The position numbers were made by a program, and so were the translations under genes. From Octopus vulgaris (lineage: Eukaryota), in the NCBI GenBank assembly GCA_951406725.2, contig OX597823.1, positions 37,758,001 through 37,822,000 on the forward strand: a stretch of 64,000 nt of DNA, written 5' to 3'. The notes under the pieces were generated by a model. It was not told the origin of the DNA, did no database searches, and was given only the letters and a program-made list of their open reading frames with translations. Numbering within the stretch: position 1 is the stretch's first letter; every line of letters begins with the position of its first letter. Shown here piece after piece: positions 1 through 13,890 of the stretch.

Positions 1-308
1 ATGAGTGAAATATATTTTATTGACATGAGTATGTGCAAGCATGGCTGTGTGGTTAAGGAGCTGGCTTCCCAATTACATGGTTTTGGGTGGCACCTTGGGC
101 AAGTGTCTTCTACTATAGCTCCAGGCAGAATAAAGGGTATTTGAGTGGATGTGATAAAAAGATACTGAAAGGAACCAGTGTGTGACAGTATATATATATT
201 CTAATGTTCACAGAGCCATACCTGTACCAATTATATACATATCTACCGAACTATATATATATGCATAAATGTAATTGTTTTCCCAAATAAACAGCACTTC
301 ATGTCTGA

Positions 309-389
309 GGCTCTGATGAAGCTATAAGGTGTTACTCAGGCACTCAAGTATAAGCCCACTGCATCTTATAGCAGAAACAGCTGAAAGCT
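309..389 (+). ncRNA. Degenerate type I hammerhead ribozyme motif (Penelope-like)
   Basis: ggct-CTGATGA-a-gctataaggtg...catcttatagc-a-GAAA-cagctg-aa-agct; cleavage triplet reads GAA instead of GTA. Confidence 0.55.
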
Positions 390-1309
390 ATTGAAGTTCA
401 TAAGATAATTGTTTATTCCTTTGTTATTTCATTTTCTTAATATTCCTCAGTAGTTGACTAATGCTCCTTTCTGAAGTACATGTATTCTGAGTTCTATACT
501 AAGTTATTAGTTTCACAATGCCTAAGCAATACACACATACACAATCAAATTCATGATCATCATCCAATGTCCATGCTCCATGCTGATATAATCTCAATGA
601 TCTCACACACATACATCATATGTGTGTATGTATGTCTCCTTGCCTTGACATAGTGTGTTAGTTGTAAATGAGTGCCACTTGTTTCTAAACTTTTGAGAAA
701 ACATATCTGACCATGGTGAATTACCTTGATTGGAAATAGGTAAAGGTTAGGAACAAGAAGGGCAGCTGGTCCTAATAAATCAACCTTAAATTTCATCTGG
801 CTCACACAAGCATGGAAAACAACAATGACAGTAATGATAGAAGGCTGAAAGTTAACAACAGTATGATTTGAACTCATCAACTAAGTGGGTAGAAATAGAC
901 ACTAAGCAGTATTTATAAAAATAATTGTTGCTAAAATAGGCACAGGGAATGACATTTTAAGGAAGGAGCTAGCTGGTACCATCAACCCCAGTACTGGACT
1001 GGTGGCAGAATTTAAATATAATAATATATTGTAAAGTGATTGGCATTAGGAAGGACATCTAGCCATAGAAACCATGCCAAAACAGACAATAGAGTTTGGC
1101 ACAGCACTCCAGGTTGCCAACATAGAGAATGGATGATAAACAATGATGAATAATGATGTTTTACACTTATACTACTACTGCTACTAATAATAAAAATAAT
1201 GATTTCTTATTAATATCATCATCATCGTCATTTGACGTCTGTTTTCCATGCTGGTTTGAGAAGATCTGGTGTACCACAGAGTTGCATTGTGCTCCATAAA
1301 GATTAAGCT

Positions 1310-1542
1310 TCGCCGGTGGCACGTAAAAAGCACCATCCGATCGTGGCCGTTTGACAGCCTCGTCTGGCACCTGTGCCGGTGGCACGTAAAAAGCACCCAC
1401 TACACTCATGGAGTGGTTGGCGTTAGGATGGGTATCCAGCCGTAGAAACATTGCCAGATCAGACTGGGCCAGGTGCAGCCTTCTGGCTTCCCAGACCCCA
1501 TGTTAGCATGGAAAACGGACGCTAAACGATGATGATGATGAT
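1310..1542 (+). mobile_element. 5'-truncated RTE-type LINE 3' end with (GAT)n tail
   Basis: Same ~60-bp units and 3' sequence as 61480-62134. Confidence 0.8.
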
Positions 1543-3467
1543 GAAGCAAAGGTAAGACAAATGATAATAAAGCTAGATTAACACCTAACTACACAATTTA
1601 CTACAGCTTTGTGTTAAGCACTAGAGAGAAAAAATTCTTCAAATTATTCCCCAATCGCGCAGAAAATTAACATTGCTATAATAGATTTGAAAATAAAGTT
1701 AACCGCTCAATTTCCCCATTATTAACTAGTTTCCATTGTATCAAAGAAAAGAAAAAAAGTGAACGAACGAGTTTCCAACAAATCAAAAGAACCTATCGAT
1801 TAGAAATCTCAGAACCATATATACAAACCAATTCTGAGAGGGTACAATTCTAGTGACTATACTTAACTGCACAATATATTGAGAAATTTTCGATATAATT
1901 ATAATTCCTCGATATGGGCGTTTACAGAATTTCGTTTCATGCAACCTCTGTAAACTGTTAACATTAAAAAAAAATATTCACCTATTATTTGATAAAATGT
2001 GGAATCTGTGTGCAAATTGGTGAAATGTACATTTCACCATATTGAGGAATTTATCGTCTAAACAGCGTTTTCAGTCTGAAGGTTTTTGCTATTAAAACCT
2101 AGAGACGTAAAATACGCAAATGTCAATAAAAATATTGGGTCTTAACAACCAAACTTCCTCCCCTTTACCTACTCTTCCAATTCCTCAAAGAGGGAACATT
2201 TCCACAAAAAAGGAAGGAAAACATTTGGAAATTGTTACAAAAGACCAGCTTAGCGGTTTCGACATAAAAAATACCAATAATGATGATTTATGGTGAGGAG
2301 ACGTAAGACCTTGTAGAAACGAGCAATATCATATTGGTACCAGTCAACACCGAGCCTATGATTAAACGTATTCCATCCATGACCATGTCAGAGATGTGTA
2401 ACTGGGACTACAGTATCTAAAGTGTCCTCACATTTTTTAAGAGTATGATTAGGGGAAGGTTTATTCGCTATTTCTAACAGACCAATAGACAAACAATATA
2501 GAGGATCAGTAACTGGTGAATAATACCTATTTTACCAATACCGGAAGGATGAAAGGGAAGGCCCAAAGTCGACAGGGGAAAACCGACCTCTGTAATTATG
2601 GAGTTATGTATTTGATCACATTCTACTTTTCTTGTCTCCAAGAAACTACACGAATGAAATGTCTACAAAAGGAGAAGGTAATATTGATACTGAAAAGTGA
2701 CTGAGAACAAATAAGGAAATCTTCGTTTCATTTAAAGAAGTTTATGTATTTGGTAGAATTCTCTTTCGTCCGATAACTGGAACAATATTTCAAGAATAAG
2801 GCTCTAAAATATTTGGTCTTTTACAATATTTAATACATACAAAAACAGGAAAAGAACAGCGATCTAATTAGGTAGGCGTTAGAATGTATTTAAGTAGTTG
2901 ATGACCATTATGATCTGTTCAGAATTATAATTTACATCATAAAATATAGAGAGAAAGGAGGGAGATCGAGCAGAGAAGTGGATTAAGATAATCCTAGTAA
3001 GTTAAATACAACAAAGACTGAAGTAACAAAATACACGAAATGCTAAGTAAATAAAACTAACGAAGACATATGAATGATATACAATGTTGAAATTTGATCT
3101 TGTTGCAGATTAATAGAAGACAATTGCTTAATATAATTGATTATTATAGCAAGAAGAGTGTTATATCCAGGATTGACGTCATTTAAAGTAAAGGAACAAA
3201 GATTATGAAATCGCCTCTCAGATGTGACTGTTTTAATAAATAAAAATAAATACAAAAAGAAAAATACATCTAATCAAGGAAAACATCAAACCGTAATTAA
3301 CGAAGAATATAAGCCGATATTATAAAGAATTCTCAATAAAAAATCTTTTCAGAAAAGACAATTATAGAACACAATGCCAAACTGGCCAATAAATATTTGT
3401 TATAATGTTTATAAACATAACATGAAATATATAAATATCAGCAATAATTACAACAAAGCCTACAAAT

Positions 3468-4000
3468 ACTTACCTTTAAATAATTATTTTTGTTGGAAGT
3501 TTTCACAAGAAATATAATCTGGCAAAATTTGTAAAGTTATTTGAATGAAAGAAAATCATTTATTTGAAGAAAACCAGATTTTTAAAAACTATTGACACCT
3601 TATTATCTCCCTTGACTAAAGAACCTGAAAAGGTAGATGAACCGTATCACGATGTCTTGAGTATTCTGATTTGTTGAATTTTGTTTGCTAAAATAACAAG
3701 CTTTTTCATTGGTTTAACTTACTGTAGTATCTAACTAGTCCGTGTAATTAATTATCTTGATAGTTCTATTTTTTCAGATCATTTATAACAACATGGAGCT
3801 GTAGACAGGCATCTATTTATTTATATATAACGCATTTTGTGAACAAGAGCGTCGTTGGTTACAAGGATCCAATGGACTAATTGATGGTCCAATGTATTTA
3901 CGTTCATGAAGTAACAAGGAATCATGAATGCAACACAGACGGAATAAATAGCACCGGATATTTTTATTAGTTTGCACCGATTTAGCTATTTTTCGCGCCG
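3468..4000 (-). promoter_or_regulatory. Possible promoter and first exon of a leftward gene
   Basis: Consensus donor AG/GTAAGT on - strand at 3475-3468; locally CpG-richer non-repeat DNA with CCAAT boxes and E2F-type TTTCGCGC at 3991-3998. Confidence 0.3.
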
Positions 4001-4095
4001 TAATACATATCTGAGAATATTTTCAATAGTAAATATCAACAAAATATAAACACACACATTTATATGTGTATTTGTGTGATGTATATATATATATA

Positions 4096-5162
4096 TTTAG
4101 TACACAAACTTCGATAAGTAAATTTTGATCCTTTCACCCGCACAATTTTCACTAAGAAAGAAAAAAAAAACTCGCATTTTTTGCGTGGAATCAAGTACCA
4201 TGACCGAGGCTAATGCAATTTCGCACCTCTCCTTGAAAAATGCATTTTTTGGAAAAAAAATTCGGATTCCTACGTTATAGATATCGGAGACTACAAATAT
4301 GCAAAAAAAATTCTTTTTTATTTCATCACTCCTTTCCTTCACCCAATTTAAATTTTTGATTTTGTTTACTTTAAAGAAATCGTAGCGACTTGACGAACAC
4401 ATGCAAATCAAAATTAAATACAAAAACATTAAAGTGAAAAGAACTAGCGTTTTACTTGTGTTTGCCTTAAATAATCGTAAATAATAATTTAATGTAATGT
4501 AAATACACCAGCAAAACAAGCATTAATGTTTAATAATTAATGTAATAAAGATGCAGCACGGATTTTTGTCAGTGAACAGGTCGCGGTCTTATAGCGACGA
4601 AAATATTTTGACAAATAAAACTTAAATGTTGAAGTGAATCGAACGGCTTCTGTGTGTTTCTTAAATAGCTTACAAACACCTTCCACGCTGCAATTGTTTT
4701 CGTTCCAGCACACGATCTCAGATCAAATCACTTGCTATGCAAGTACATCTCTGTTATAAAGTTTAATGGTAAAATTCAGTAGGGGCTCAAATTTCACCCT
4801 TCCCCCAATTTTAAATTTTGAACTTTTTCATCCATTTATTTATCTATCTGTCAATATATCCCTGTCCGTTCATTCATAAAATATATTTGTTAACTAAATG
4901 TGGCGGTCCTAGAGAAGACGGTGTTACTGTTGTTTTTAACCCCAGGAAGACATTCATATTCTCTTATTCTTTTACTTGTTTCAGTCATTTGACTGCGGCC
5001 ATGCTGGAGCACCGCCTTTAGTTGAACAAATCGACCCCAGGACTTATTCTTTGTAAGCCTAGGACTTATTCTATCGGTCTCTTTTGCCGAACCGCTAAGT
5101 TACGGGAACGTAAACACACCAGCATCGGTTGTCAAGGAAGGGGACAAACACATACACGCACG

Positions 5163-5225
<63 letters not shown>

Positions 5226-6325
5226 GACGGGCTTCTTTCAGTTTCCGTCTACCAAATCCACTCACAAGGCTTTGGTCGACCCGAGGCTATAGTAGAAGAC
5301 ACTTGCCCAAGGTGCTACGCAGTGGGACTGAACCCAGAATCATGTGGTTGGTAAGCAACCTATACATATCTATATGCTTATTGAATTTAGAATTTTGAAA
5401 ACATGGTTTCTTGCATATTCGGAATCTCCGTCATCTAAAACATACAGAAAAAATTTCGAAAAAGTTCAAAATTTTAGGGGGTGGGGTAGAAGCGGGGAGT
5501 GGGTTTAAACATTTTTTTTATTGCATATTCGTAATGTCCGACATCTAAAATGTAGGGATACGAAAAAATGCATATTTCAAGGAGAGGTGCGAAACTGCAT
5601 TAGCCCACCCCACCCTAATATGCTGCAAACTCCTTATTTTTATTCAGGAAAAAAGTGGTGTTGGTGGAGAAATATTTTTTTTTCATTGAATGAATTCCGG
5701 TGACCTCCAAATATACTACAAAACCCCTTTCTGGGTTCGGAAAACGGGCTGGGGTTATGTGGAAGCCTCGGAAATTTAGCAACGAACCCCCATTGATATT
5801 TTCACCCGCACGATTTTCACTAAGAAAAAAATTTAAAAACCTCGGATTTTTTGCATGGAATCAAGTACCCTGACCTAATATGCTGCAAACCTCTTATTTT
5901 TGTTTAGAAATATTGGAAATTTCTTCTTTTTTTTGTTGACTGAATTACAGTGACCTAATATGCTACAAAACCCTGTTTTGAGTCCGGAAAACAGGGTGAG
6001 GTGGAAGCCTCGAAATTTCACCTCACCCCCATTTTCAAATATTTTTTGCTATTTCTTTCTTTACCCATAATTTTGGATAACATTTTGCAGAAATGAATTT
6101 TCGAGAGAGTGTGGATTACATTAGACTAAAAATTCAAAGAAGTTTGAAATGAATAAGTGAAAATGCAGAGGTTATAGAAGTTAGTGGTAACGAAGTGTGT
6201 GGAGAGATAAAGAATGATAAATAATTCATCAAAAAAAAAAAACGTTAGAGTTTTTGCAGGTGTGTGTGAAACGAAGTAAAACAAAAATATCTTTTTCTTA
6301 CCTCTTAAAATACCTGGATATAATA
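4096..6325. repeat. Non-coding interspersed element with internal duplications (possibly Helitron-like), with nested SINE
   Basis: ttcacccgcac.attttcactaagaaa...tggaatcaagtacc occurs at ~4133 and ~5801; gacctaatatgct recurs. Confidence 0.4.
4964..5360 (-). mobile_element. tRNA-derived SINE with internal (CA)/(TA) microsatellite
   Basis: B-box-like gggttcagtccc on - strand; related copies at ~35-190 and 57241-57690. Confidence 0.8.
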
Positions 6326-6332
6326 TATATAA

Positions 6333-6685
6333 TCATCATCATCATCGTCGTTTAACGTCCGTTTTCCGTGCTAGCATGGGTTGGACGATTTGATCGGGGT
6401 CTGGGAAGCCAGGAGACTGCACCAGGCTCCAGTCTGATCTGGCAGTGTTTCTACAGCTGGATGCCCTTCCTAATGCCAACCACTCAGTGAGTGTAGTGGG
6501 TGCTTTTTACGTGCCACCAGCACAGGTGCCAGGGGAGGCTGGCAGTGGCCATGATCGGTTGGTGCTATTTATGTGCCACCAGCATGGAAGCCAGTCAAGG
6601 CGGCACTGGCTTTGGCCACATTCAGATGGTGCTTTTTGCATGCCACCGACACGAGTATCACAACTACAATTTCCATCTGATTTTA
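6333..6685 (-). mobile_element. RTE-type LINE 3' end
   Basis: (CAT)n at left followed by the shared family sequence and diverged 60-bp units. Confidence 0.8.
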
Positions 6686-6689
6686 GTCC

Positions 6690-9600
6690 TTTTCAGGTCT
6701 ATCCACCAATGGCTGTTGACGATTGCATCTGCCAACTCTCGATGGACTAAGTTGATAACCCAGTTTCTGAAAGCTTGGCGCACCAGGAAGGACACGTTCT
6801 GCTTCCAGTAACCAGGGCCCTGTTTGTGGATCCTATCTATGTCAACTGTACAGATCACAAATTTATGTTCTGTGTAGCCAACGACTTTGAAATGTGGACA
6901 GCTTATACTACTTCTATCTACAGGCCTACAAAATACTCTATCTAGATATGATCTGGAAGACCCGATGTGGTTTGCCCATGTCCACATTGGTACATTCAGG
7001 TAATCTAGTCAGTACTTGTCAGCCAACTGGAAGCAGCTGAGCAGGCTTGTGTGGTTTTTACCCCTTTCCTATCAGCTAGCCCCACCCTATCCAGGTGTGC
7101 ATCCAAGATAGCATTCCAGTCACACACTAACATTAAAGAGCATGATGTCCCAAGGAAAACCTCCAAACATCTGAAGAAATCTAACTGCCCTGCTCCTGTG
7201 GGGCCATAAACAGCAACTAGTCTAAAGGTACTGCCTTCACTGTCACTCACATCCAGGACCACCGACTTACCTTCCAGGTCCAGGAAGATTGTCTGAACTT
7301 CGAGATCCAGGCCTTTTTTAAACAGCACTGCCACCCTACCTCCCATTCTGGGTGGACTAAGAGATGTGTAGATCTCATAATTGTCGAAAATGGGTGCAAG
7401 ATCCCATGTTGGAAATCCTGGTCTCCCTAGCTGCTGTCACATCCAAACCTAGCAACCTGAGGTCATTGAGCAAGTGAACCTGCTTCCAGGGTGACTTCAG
7501 GCTGTGAACATTTATGCATCCTACTCTGGCAATCAGCATGATGGCTCGAAAGGGTTGAGGAAAAGAAGAAAAAAAAACAGTTCCTGGAGCTGTTGGCAAC
7601 CCAGTGACCCAGACTCCAGATCTGGTTCCTCTGAGAAACCAGCTAAAAGCCTCTTGATAGCGCAGACATTTGGCCTTCCCATGTCATGTGAGAAGTCCCT
7701 CTGAGTTTCTTTATATAATTTGAGGAGTAACCATATTAACATTAAATGATCCAGAACTTTAAGGGTACTAGTGTCATAAATTTCACCCTCTCTCACAATT
7801 TGCTTGTTTTTGGCTATGAGAGCCAACAAATTTTTGTTGGCTCTCCTCATGAGCACATAGTTTGGTGTTTCCTTGTAGGTGACTGAGATTTCTTGGGGTG
7901 GGGTGGGGCTACACGTGGTTGTGTGTGCAATGGTAGATTTGGTTGGGGATGGTGGTACTGGTGTTGTTTGTGCTGTTTCTATGTTTGATGTGCTGGGGAT
8001 TCTGTGTGTTTGGGTGTTGGTGTCGGTTCTTTTGTTTCCTTTGCCTTTTTTGTTTTTTTCACTTTGTGGGGTTCTTTGTCATCTTCACTATGGGATGAGA
8101 AGTGGCTAGTATCTGTATGGTCTGTCTCAGGGAGTGTGTCTGAGTGTATGCTTGAGAAAGGGGTGAGGGTGATTGGTTTGAGAGATACACCGGTTGGTTT
8201 TCCCCGTTGTATGGGGTTCATGTGCTTCTGTTGTTGTTGTTGTTATTGGAGGTGAGGCTGCAGGTGTGGCCATGCACCTCCTGAATTTTGAGGGCAGAAG
8301 GCTCTCAGGTGGCTTGTGGACCCACACTTGTCACATCTGGGCTTCCTGCCTTACACAATGACACACCATTCTACCCTGTTGGGCAGCTGGATCAGGTCCA
8401 GGATCTTCTAGATATTCTCTGGTTTCACATGGATTAATATCTCCAGTTGATCCTGTACCAATTCTCCCTTCTGCTCCTTTTTACCTCCAGGAGTGCCTCC
8501 AGATCCTGCATAGCACAGGCAATGATCCACCAGATGTTTAAACCTGGTTGCACACCGTTTACCCTAATTTTTGTCATTCTCTTCAAGAAGTAGGTGAGAT
8601 ACAGGACCTGCTCCTCAGCCCACTGGAATGAAACTGCATGTCTTTGCACAAGGACTTCACTTTTAAAGAGAACCTCAATGTTGGCAAATTGCCTCCCTCT
8701 CTGCATGAGAGTCACATCATCATCATCATCGTTTAATGTCCGTTTTCCATGCTAGCATGAGTTGGACGGTTCAACTGGGGTCTGGGGAGCCAGAAGGCTG
8801 CGCCAGGCCCAGTCTGATCTGGCAGTGTTTCTACAGCTGGGTGCCCTTCCTAACACCAACCACTCCATGAGTGTAGTGGGTGCTTTTTATGTGCCACCTG
8901 CACAGGTGCCAGACGAGGCTGGCAAACGGCCACGATCAGATGGTGCTTTTTACGTGCCACCGGCACGGGGACCAGACGAGGCTGGCAATGGCCACAATCA
9001 GATGGTGCTTTTTACATGTCACTGGCACGGAGGCCAGTCAGGGCAGCGCTGGCAATGCCCACGTTCGGACGGTTCTCTTACATGCCACCAGCACTGGTAT
9101 CACAGCTACAATTTCCATTGATGTTGATCGATTTCGGTTTTGATTTTCACATCTATTAAAATTTCTCTGAGGGCCTTCTTCACATGACTAATGGAAGCTA
9201 TTTCGAATCTCTTACATTTCCATGATACACATTTAAAATACACTGTCTTTCCTTCTTTTGCCTCTATTATTTCAGAAGGTATGAGCAATGATGCCTTACC
9301 CAGCAACAACTTTGATGATGTCTTTTGCTTTTGAAAGTTCTAGAATTTTGTCCTTGAGAGGAAGTGTAAACATTTCCTTCTTTGTGTTTGCTACATCAGC
9401 AAACCTCTTGTTTTTGTTGTTGCTGTTGTTACTGCTGCTGCTGCTGTTGCCGTTGGTGGTAATGGTGGTGGTGTTGTGGTCACTTTGCCACCCTCCACAC
9501 TACTGTCACTACCTTCAATTGTAGTATTATTTTCTCCACTGAAATCCATTGTGTTCTGAATTGCATTGCTGTTGCTAATATTACTACTACTACTTCCACA

Positions 9601-10045
9601 GCTGTCTCTGCTGCCATTGTTGTCTCCACCACTGCCACTATCATCGCCAGCACTGCTGTTGCCAATGCTTTCACTGTTGCTACTATGAGGTGGACTTTGA
9701 ACTTTGGTACCCTTCTTTTTCTCCTCCCCCTCTCCAGTAATGTTTTTAGTAGCTGAGAGAAGAGGAGGGAAATCTTCAGTATTCAAAAGACTTTTTTGAG
9801 GAGGGGCAGCTTTTTTCTTAAATCTTCCAAGATGTGTTCTGCCATCTTGTTAATTTATATTGTATTAAAATGTCCACTAAATTTATTTGGGCTGAATATT
9901 ACCCTGCTAGGGGCTAAACAAACACAGGTACCCAAAGCCAGGTCCCTAGTGTTTCTATTAACAAACTGCAACAAATAGTTGTAAACTAAAGTTTTAAGCA
10001 AAATTTACTTTGTGCCTTCAAAAATACATCTGTCGTGTTCAGCAG
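6690..10045 (-). mobile_element. Degenerate Tx1/L1-like non-LTR retrotransposon (ORF1 + APE endonuclease, RT missing)
   Basis: APE motifs GCINVHSL, RETR, VAVYGP, DWNA, SYLDRVF, TEHKFV across frameshifted ORFs 7599-6664; ORF1 pieces with RKPRCDKCG knuckle. Confidence 0.8.
8719..9146 (-). mobile_element. RTE-type LINE 3' end nested in Tx1-like ORF1
   Basis: TSD TCACATC at 8712-8718 and 9147-9153. Confidence 0.85.
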
Positions 10046-10079
10046 TAAATAATAATAATAATAATAATAATAATTCTTT

Positions 10080-10540
10080 CTCCTGGCAGCACAAGGCTTT
10101 AAATTTGTGGAGAGGGGACTAGTAGATTACATCGACCCCCAGTACACAAGTGGTATTTAATTTATTGACCCTGAAAAGATGAAAGGCTAAGTCAACCTCG
10201 GCGGAATTTGAACTTAGAATGTACAGACAGAAAAAATTTTGCAAAGCATTTTGGCTGGCGTGCTAATGGTTCTGCCAGCTCACTGCCTTAATAATAATAA
10301 TGATGATAATAATAATAATAATAACCCTTTCCCTTATAGGCACAAGGCCTGATACTCTGGGGGAGGGGTTTAGTCAATTACATCGATCCAAGTGCGTAAC
10401 TGGTACTTGTTTCATAGGTCCTGAAAGAATGAAAGGCAAAGTTGTCTTCAGCAGAATTTGAACTCAAAATGTAAGGACAGATGAAATGCATCTAAGCATT
10501 TTGCCTGGTGTGCTGATGGCTCTGCCAGCTTTCCACCTTA
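10080..10540 (-). mobile_element. Two tandem tRNA-derived SINE copies separated by (AAT)n
   Basis: Both read ggcagtgagctggcaga...agttcaaattc.gc.gag.t.gac.t.gcctttcat on - strand; same family at 14811-15020, 41015-41200, 42965-43155. Confidence 0.8.
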
Positions 10541-10561
10541 ATAAATTAAAATAATAATAAC

Positions 10562-13500
10562 TTCATCGATGCCTAGGGTCTCCCCGAGGACATCATCACA
10601 CTTTCCCACTACTAATCCTCTGTATATAGCTAATGCAGAACATCCACCAATCCTATTGCCTGTAGAGGACAGTGAGCGCCTGACAACATTCTAAGAACCA
10701 GATGCCCAGTCTTGGCCTATTCTTTACCCAGCACTGCAGCTCTATCAAGGAGATGAGCTGTGGAAAGGTGTGTCTCACAAATGGAGCCCAAACCTTCTAG
10801 AAATCGTTGCGTGACTTGAGTGTGTGTCTGCACATCAAAAGCCACGGTATGCCTAAGCCACCATGCAGAGGGGGTTGGCAGCAGACCACCTGTCCCTTCC
10901 ACAAGAAAATAAATAGAATACACTTCAATCTAATCAATCAGTAACTGGGCAAGGCAGGACGGTCAGATGATAAATAATGACAGAGGTGATGTAGGCATTC
11001 ACTACCTCTGCCCGACCTTGCAGTGACAACTTGCTCTCTACCCATTTCTGGATAAGAAAGGCTACCCTGTTCATCACCTCTTCCCAATTTTTATCCACCT
11101 GGAGGTCGGGACCAAACCAGACCTTGAGTAGTTTAACTGGTCTGTGTCCAATGACACCATTCAACTGCATCACTTTGCCTCTTCAGGTGCCCAGTCACAA
11201 TCCCACTGACTTGTTGGCATTGATTTTGGTCCCTGCAGCTGATTCTTATTCGCTTACAATAAACCTGACCGTCTCCATTTCGGAGGCATCTAACACCATT
11301 ACAGTGATGTTGTCCACATATGCCAGCATTGCCCTCCCGAGTCCAATTTCAAAGGGGGGGGGGGCTCTTAACTGTTCCAACTCCCACAGCAGTGGCTCGA
11401 GAGGTGACAGCGGTGATAATGGGCAGCCCTGATGGACTGAACATGCGATACTAAATGGTTCCAATAGGAACCAATTTGGGATCTGTGTAGCCAACCAATT
11501 TTAATTGTGGACAACCCATGCTATCCCCATCCTCTGACCCACTGTGGTTGTTCCATGTGTGGACATGGAACAACCACAAATCCAGTCAGCACCTGTCAGA
11601 AACCTGGAAAGTCCTGAGCAGGTTTTCGAGGCTTTTACACCCACTTCTGCTATGTATTAAACCCACACAGTCCTTCTGTGCAGCCAAAATACTATTCCAG
11701 TCTTCCAAGAATGTTTCTAGATGCCTGAAGAAATCTGGTCATCCAGCCCCTGTTGGGGCATAAATCAACACTTATCTAAAGACACCACCTTCACTGCCAT
11801 TCATGTCCAGGACTACCACCCTACCATCCAGGTCCAGGAAGATAGACCATACCTGGAGATCTAAGGATTTCTGGAATAGCACTACTACACTGCTACCTAC
11901 TCCCAATAGACCACAAGATGTGAATACCTCGTAGTCCTCGAAAATGGATGCCAGAGTATATTTTCTGGGGATCCTTGTTTCACAAATGGTAGCCACATTC
12001 AAATCAAACGACCTGAGATCATTAAGCAAGCTACCCTGCTTCCAAGCTGATCCCAGGCCACACATTCACACACCCCATTCTCAGCACAGTCATGCTAGTC
12101 AGAGAAAGAAAATGAGAAGATTACTCACTTTGATTTTTGAGAAGCCTGGAAGTTCCAAGCCTCTTTACTTGCAAAAATTTTTTAAAAGGCCCTTCCAACA
12201 GCCTTTTATCAAGTGGTTTTTAAAAAAATCTCCATACTACATTGGAATCTTTCCTTTATAGTTTTATAAGTGTCTGATGATGTTTTAATTAAAAGTCTGT
12301 CTTTGGGGATTTTGTGGATGAAATCCTCAAGATCCTTTCCCACTGCCTCTATTTTGTTTTTGTTTTGATTTACAAAATCCACCAATTAACTATTGCAGTT
12401 GTTCACAACAGTGAAATTGATGGATACATTTCGTCTACAGTCTGATGAAGTTAAGTAATTGGTTGCTTCTGTGTTTCTGTGATTTCATGCTGTTGTTGAT
12501 GATGTTGCTGTTTTTGAAGTTGTTGTTGTTTTTGTTGGAATGGTTACAAATTGTGTTGCCATTGTGGTTTCAGTATATGTTTTTGTTGAGTTCTTGGAGT
12601 AGGGCTATGTACTCTCCTCCTCTGTTGTCACTGTGATACATTGATTGTTCAGCTCTTCTATCTCCATGTCTTTGCAGTTGATGTTGGTTTGGGAAGTTGA
12701 GCATCCAGGAGAAGCTTGCTTTTCTGTGGCAACCAGGGGTAGACTCTTTCTTTGTCTTAGTTTGGTAGTGGGTGTGTGCATGAGTGTGGGTTAGGTGTAG
12801 GAGTCTTGAGCAATTGTTCATGATTTTGCATTTGTGGTGTTTGTAGTGTTGGCAGCAGTGGGAATTTAGTTTTTCTTGTTTCAGAGCCTTTAAGTGAGTT
12901 TACAAATCCACATGTGTGACATCTTGGCTTTCTACACTCCACTAACACTGACAAGTGAGACCCATCCGGGAGATTGATTAAATCGGGCAGCTGGTCAATA
13001 TGGTCCTGCTTGCATTGTAAGGTCAGTTCCATACCTATACCTGACCAGTTTTGCTTAGGTAGTTTCTTGACCTCCAATATTGTCCCTTCATCTTCTTCTA
13101 AGCCTGCCAAAATGGCCACCACTAATCAGGTAATGGATATTTCTGGCGGCACATTCAGCACCCTAATCTTAGCAAGGCATTGGTCACTATAACTGGGGAT
13201 TAAAAAAAAGTAGTCATTCCTCAAAGTGGTTGTGGACTTGCACCTGGCTTCTTCTTCCATCCCCAAATCTCACCTCAATAGTTCCAAAATTCTTTCCTCA
13301 AGTGATGTGGGTCTTTTGTTCTCACACGTGCCCAAGGCATTTTTGCATTTCACTTTCAGGAGCATTTTCCACCCAGCATGATTTAACTCCGATGCTGCGG
13401 TATGTGACAGTCCATCTTAAGATATTTTCTATCACGCTGGTTTAGAGTTACCCTTCTCCCATTCCTTTTTACAATTTTCTTTGCCATTTTAAAATCTTCT

Positions 13501-13890
13501 TCATCTCTGCAAAGATTTTCCATATTTCTCGTCAGAAATGCAAAAGAAACGGAGGTGATATTCACATTTTTATGTTTCATTTCTTTTGTATTTTGTTGTA
13601 GCTGTTGTTGTTGTCAACACCAAAATTTTTGATTTTGCTTAGAGATGAAACATTATTCACTTTGGTGACATCATTAAATTCAGGCCATGCAATATTCTTG
13701 TTCTCATTTTATATTCTGATGAGGAACGTGTTCTTTTGTCGAATTTTATCAGTGATCTTTAACTGAATAATCAAAAAAGTAAAATATAATTTTTTTCCGA
13801 AAGTTGCTAAGATTTAAAAAATTATAGATGCACTTTCCTGCAAAACAGTGGGTGTTTCTACACAAAATACTGTCTGCTCACTCCAGATAA
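10562..13890 (-). mobile_element. Second degenerate Tx1/L1-like element (ORF1, APE, internally deleted RT)
   Basis: ORF1 CRKPRCHTCG; APE ICETR; RT SVHQGCPLSP, AYVDNIT, KLSLQGRAEVVN. Confidence 0.82.

Noticed and set aside
8762-9143. Recurrent [11 protein letters not shown] peptides (also near 1167, 6445, 28712, 53455, 61687)
   Set aside because: Antisense translations of the repeated LINE 3' UTR, not a protein family
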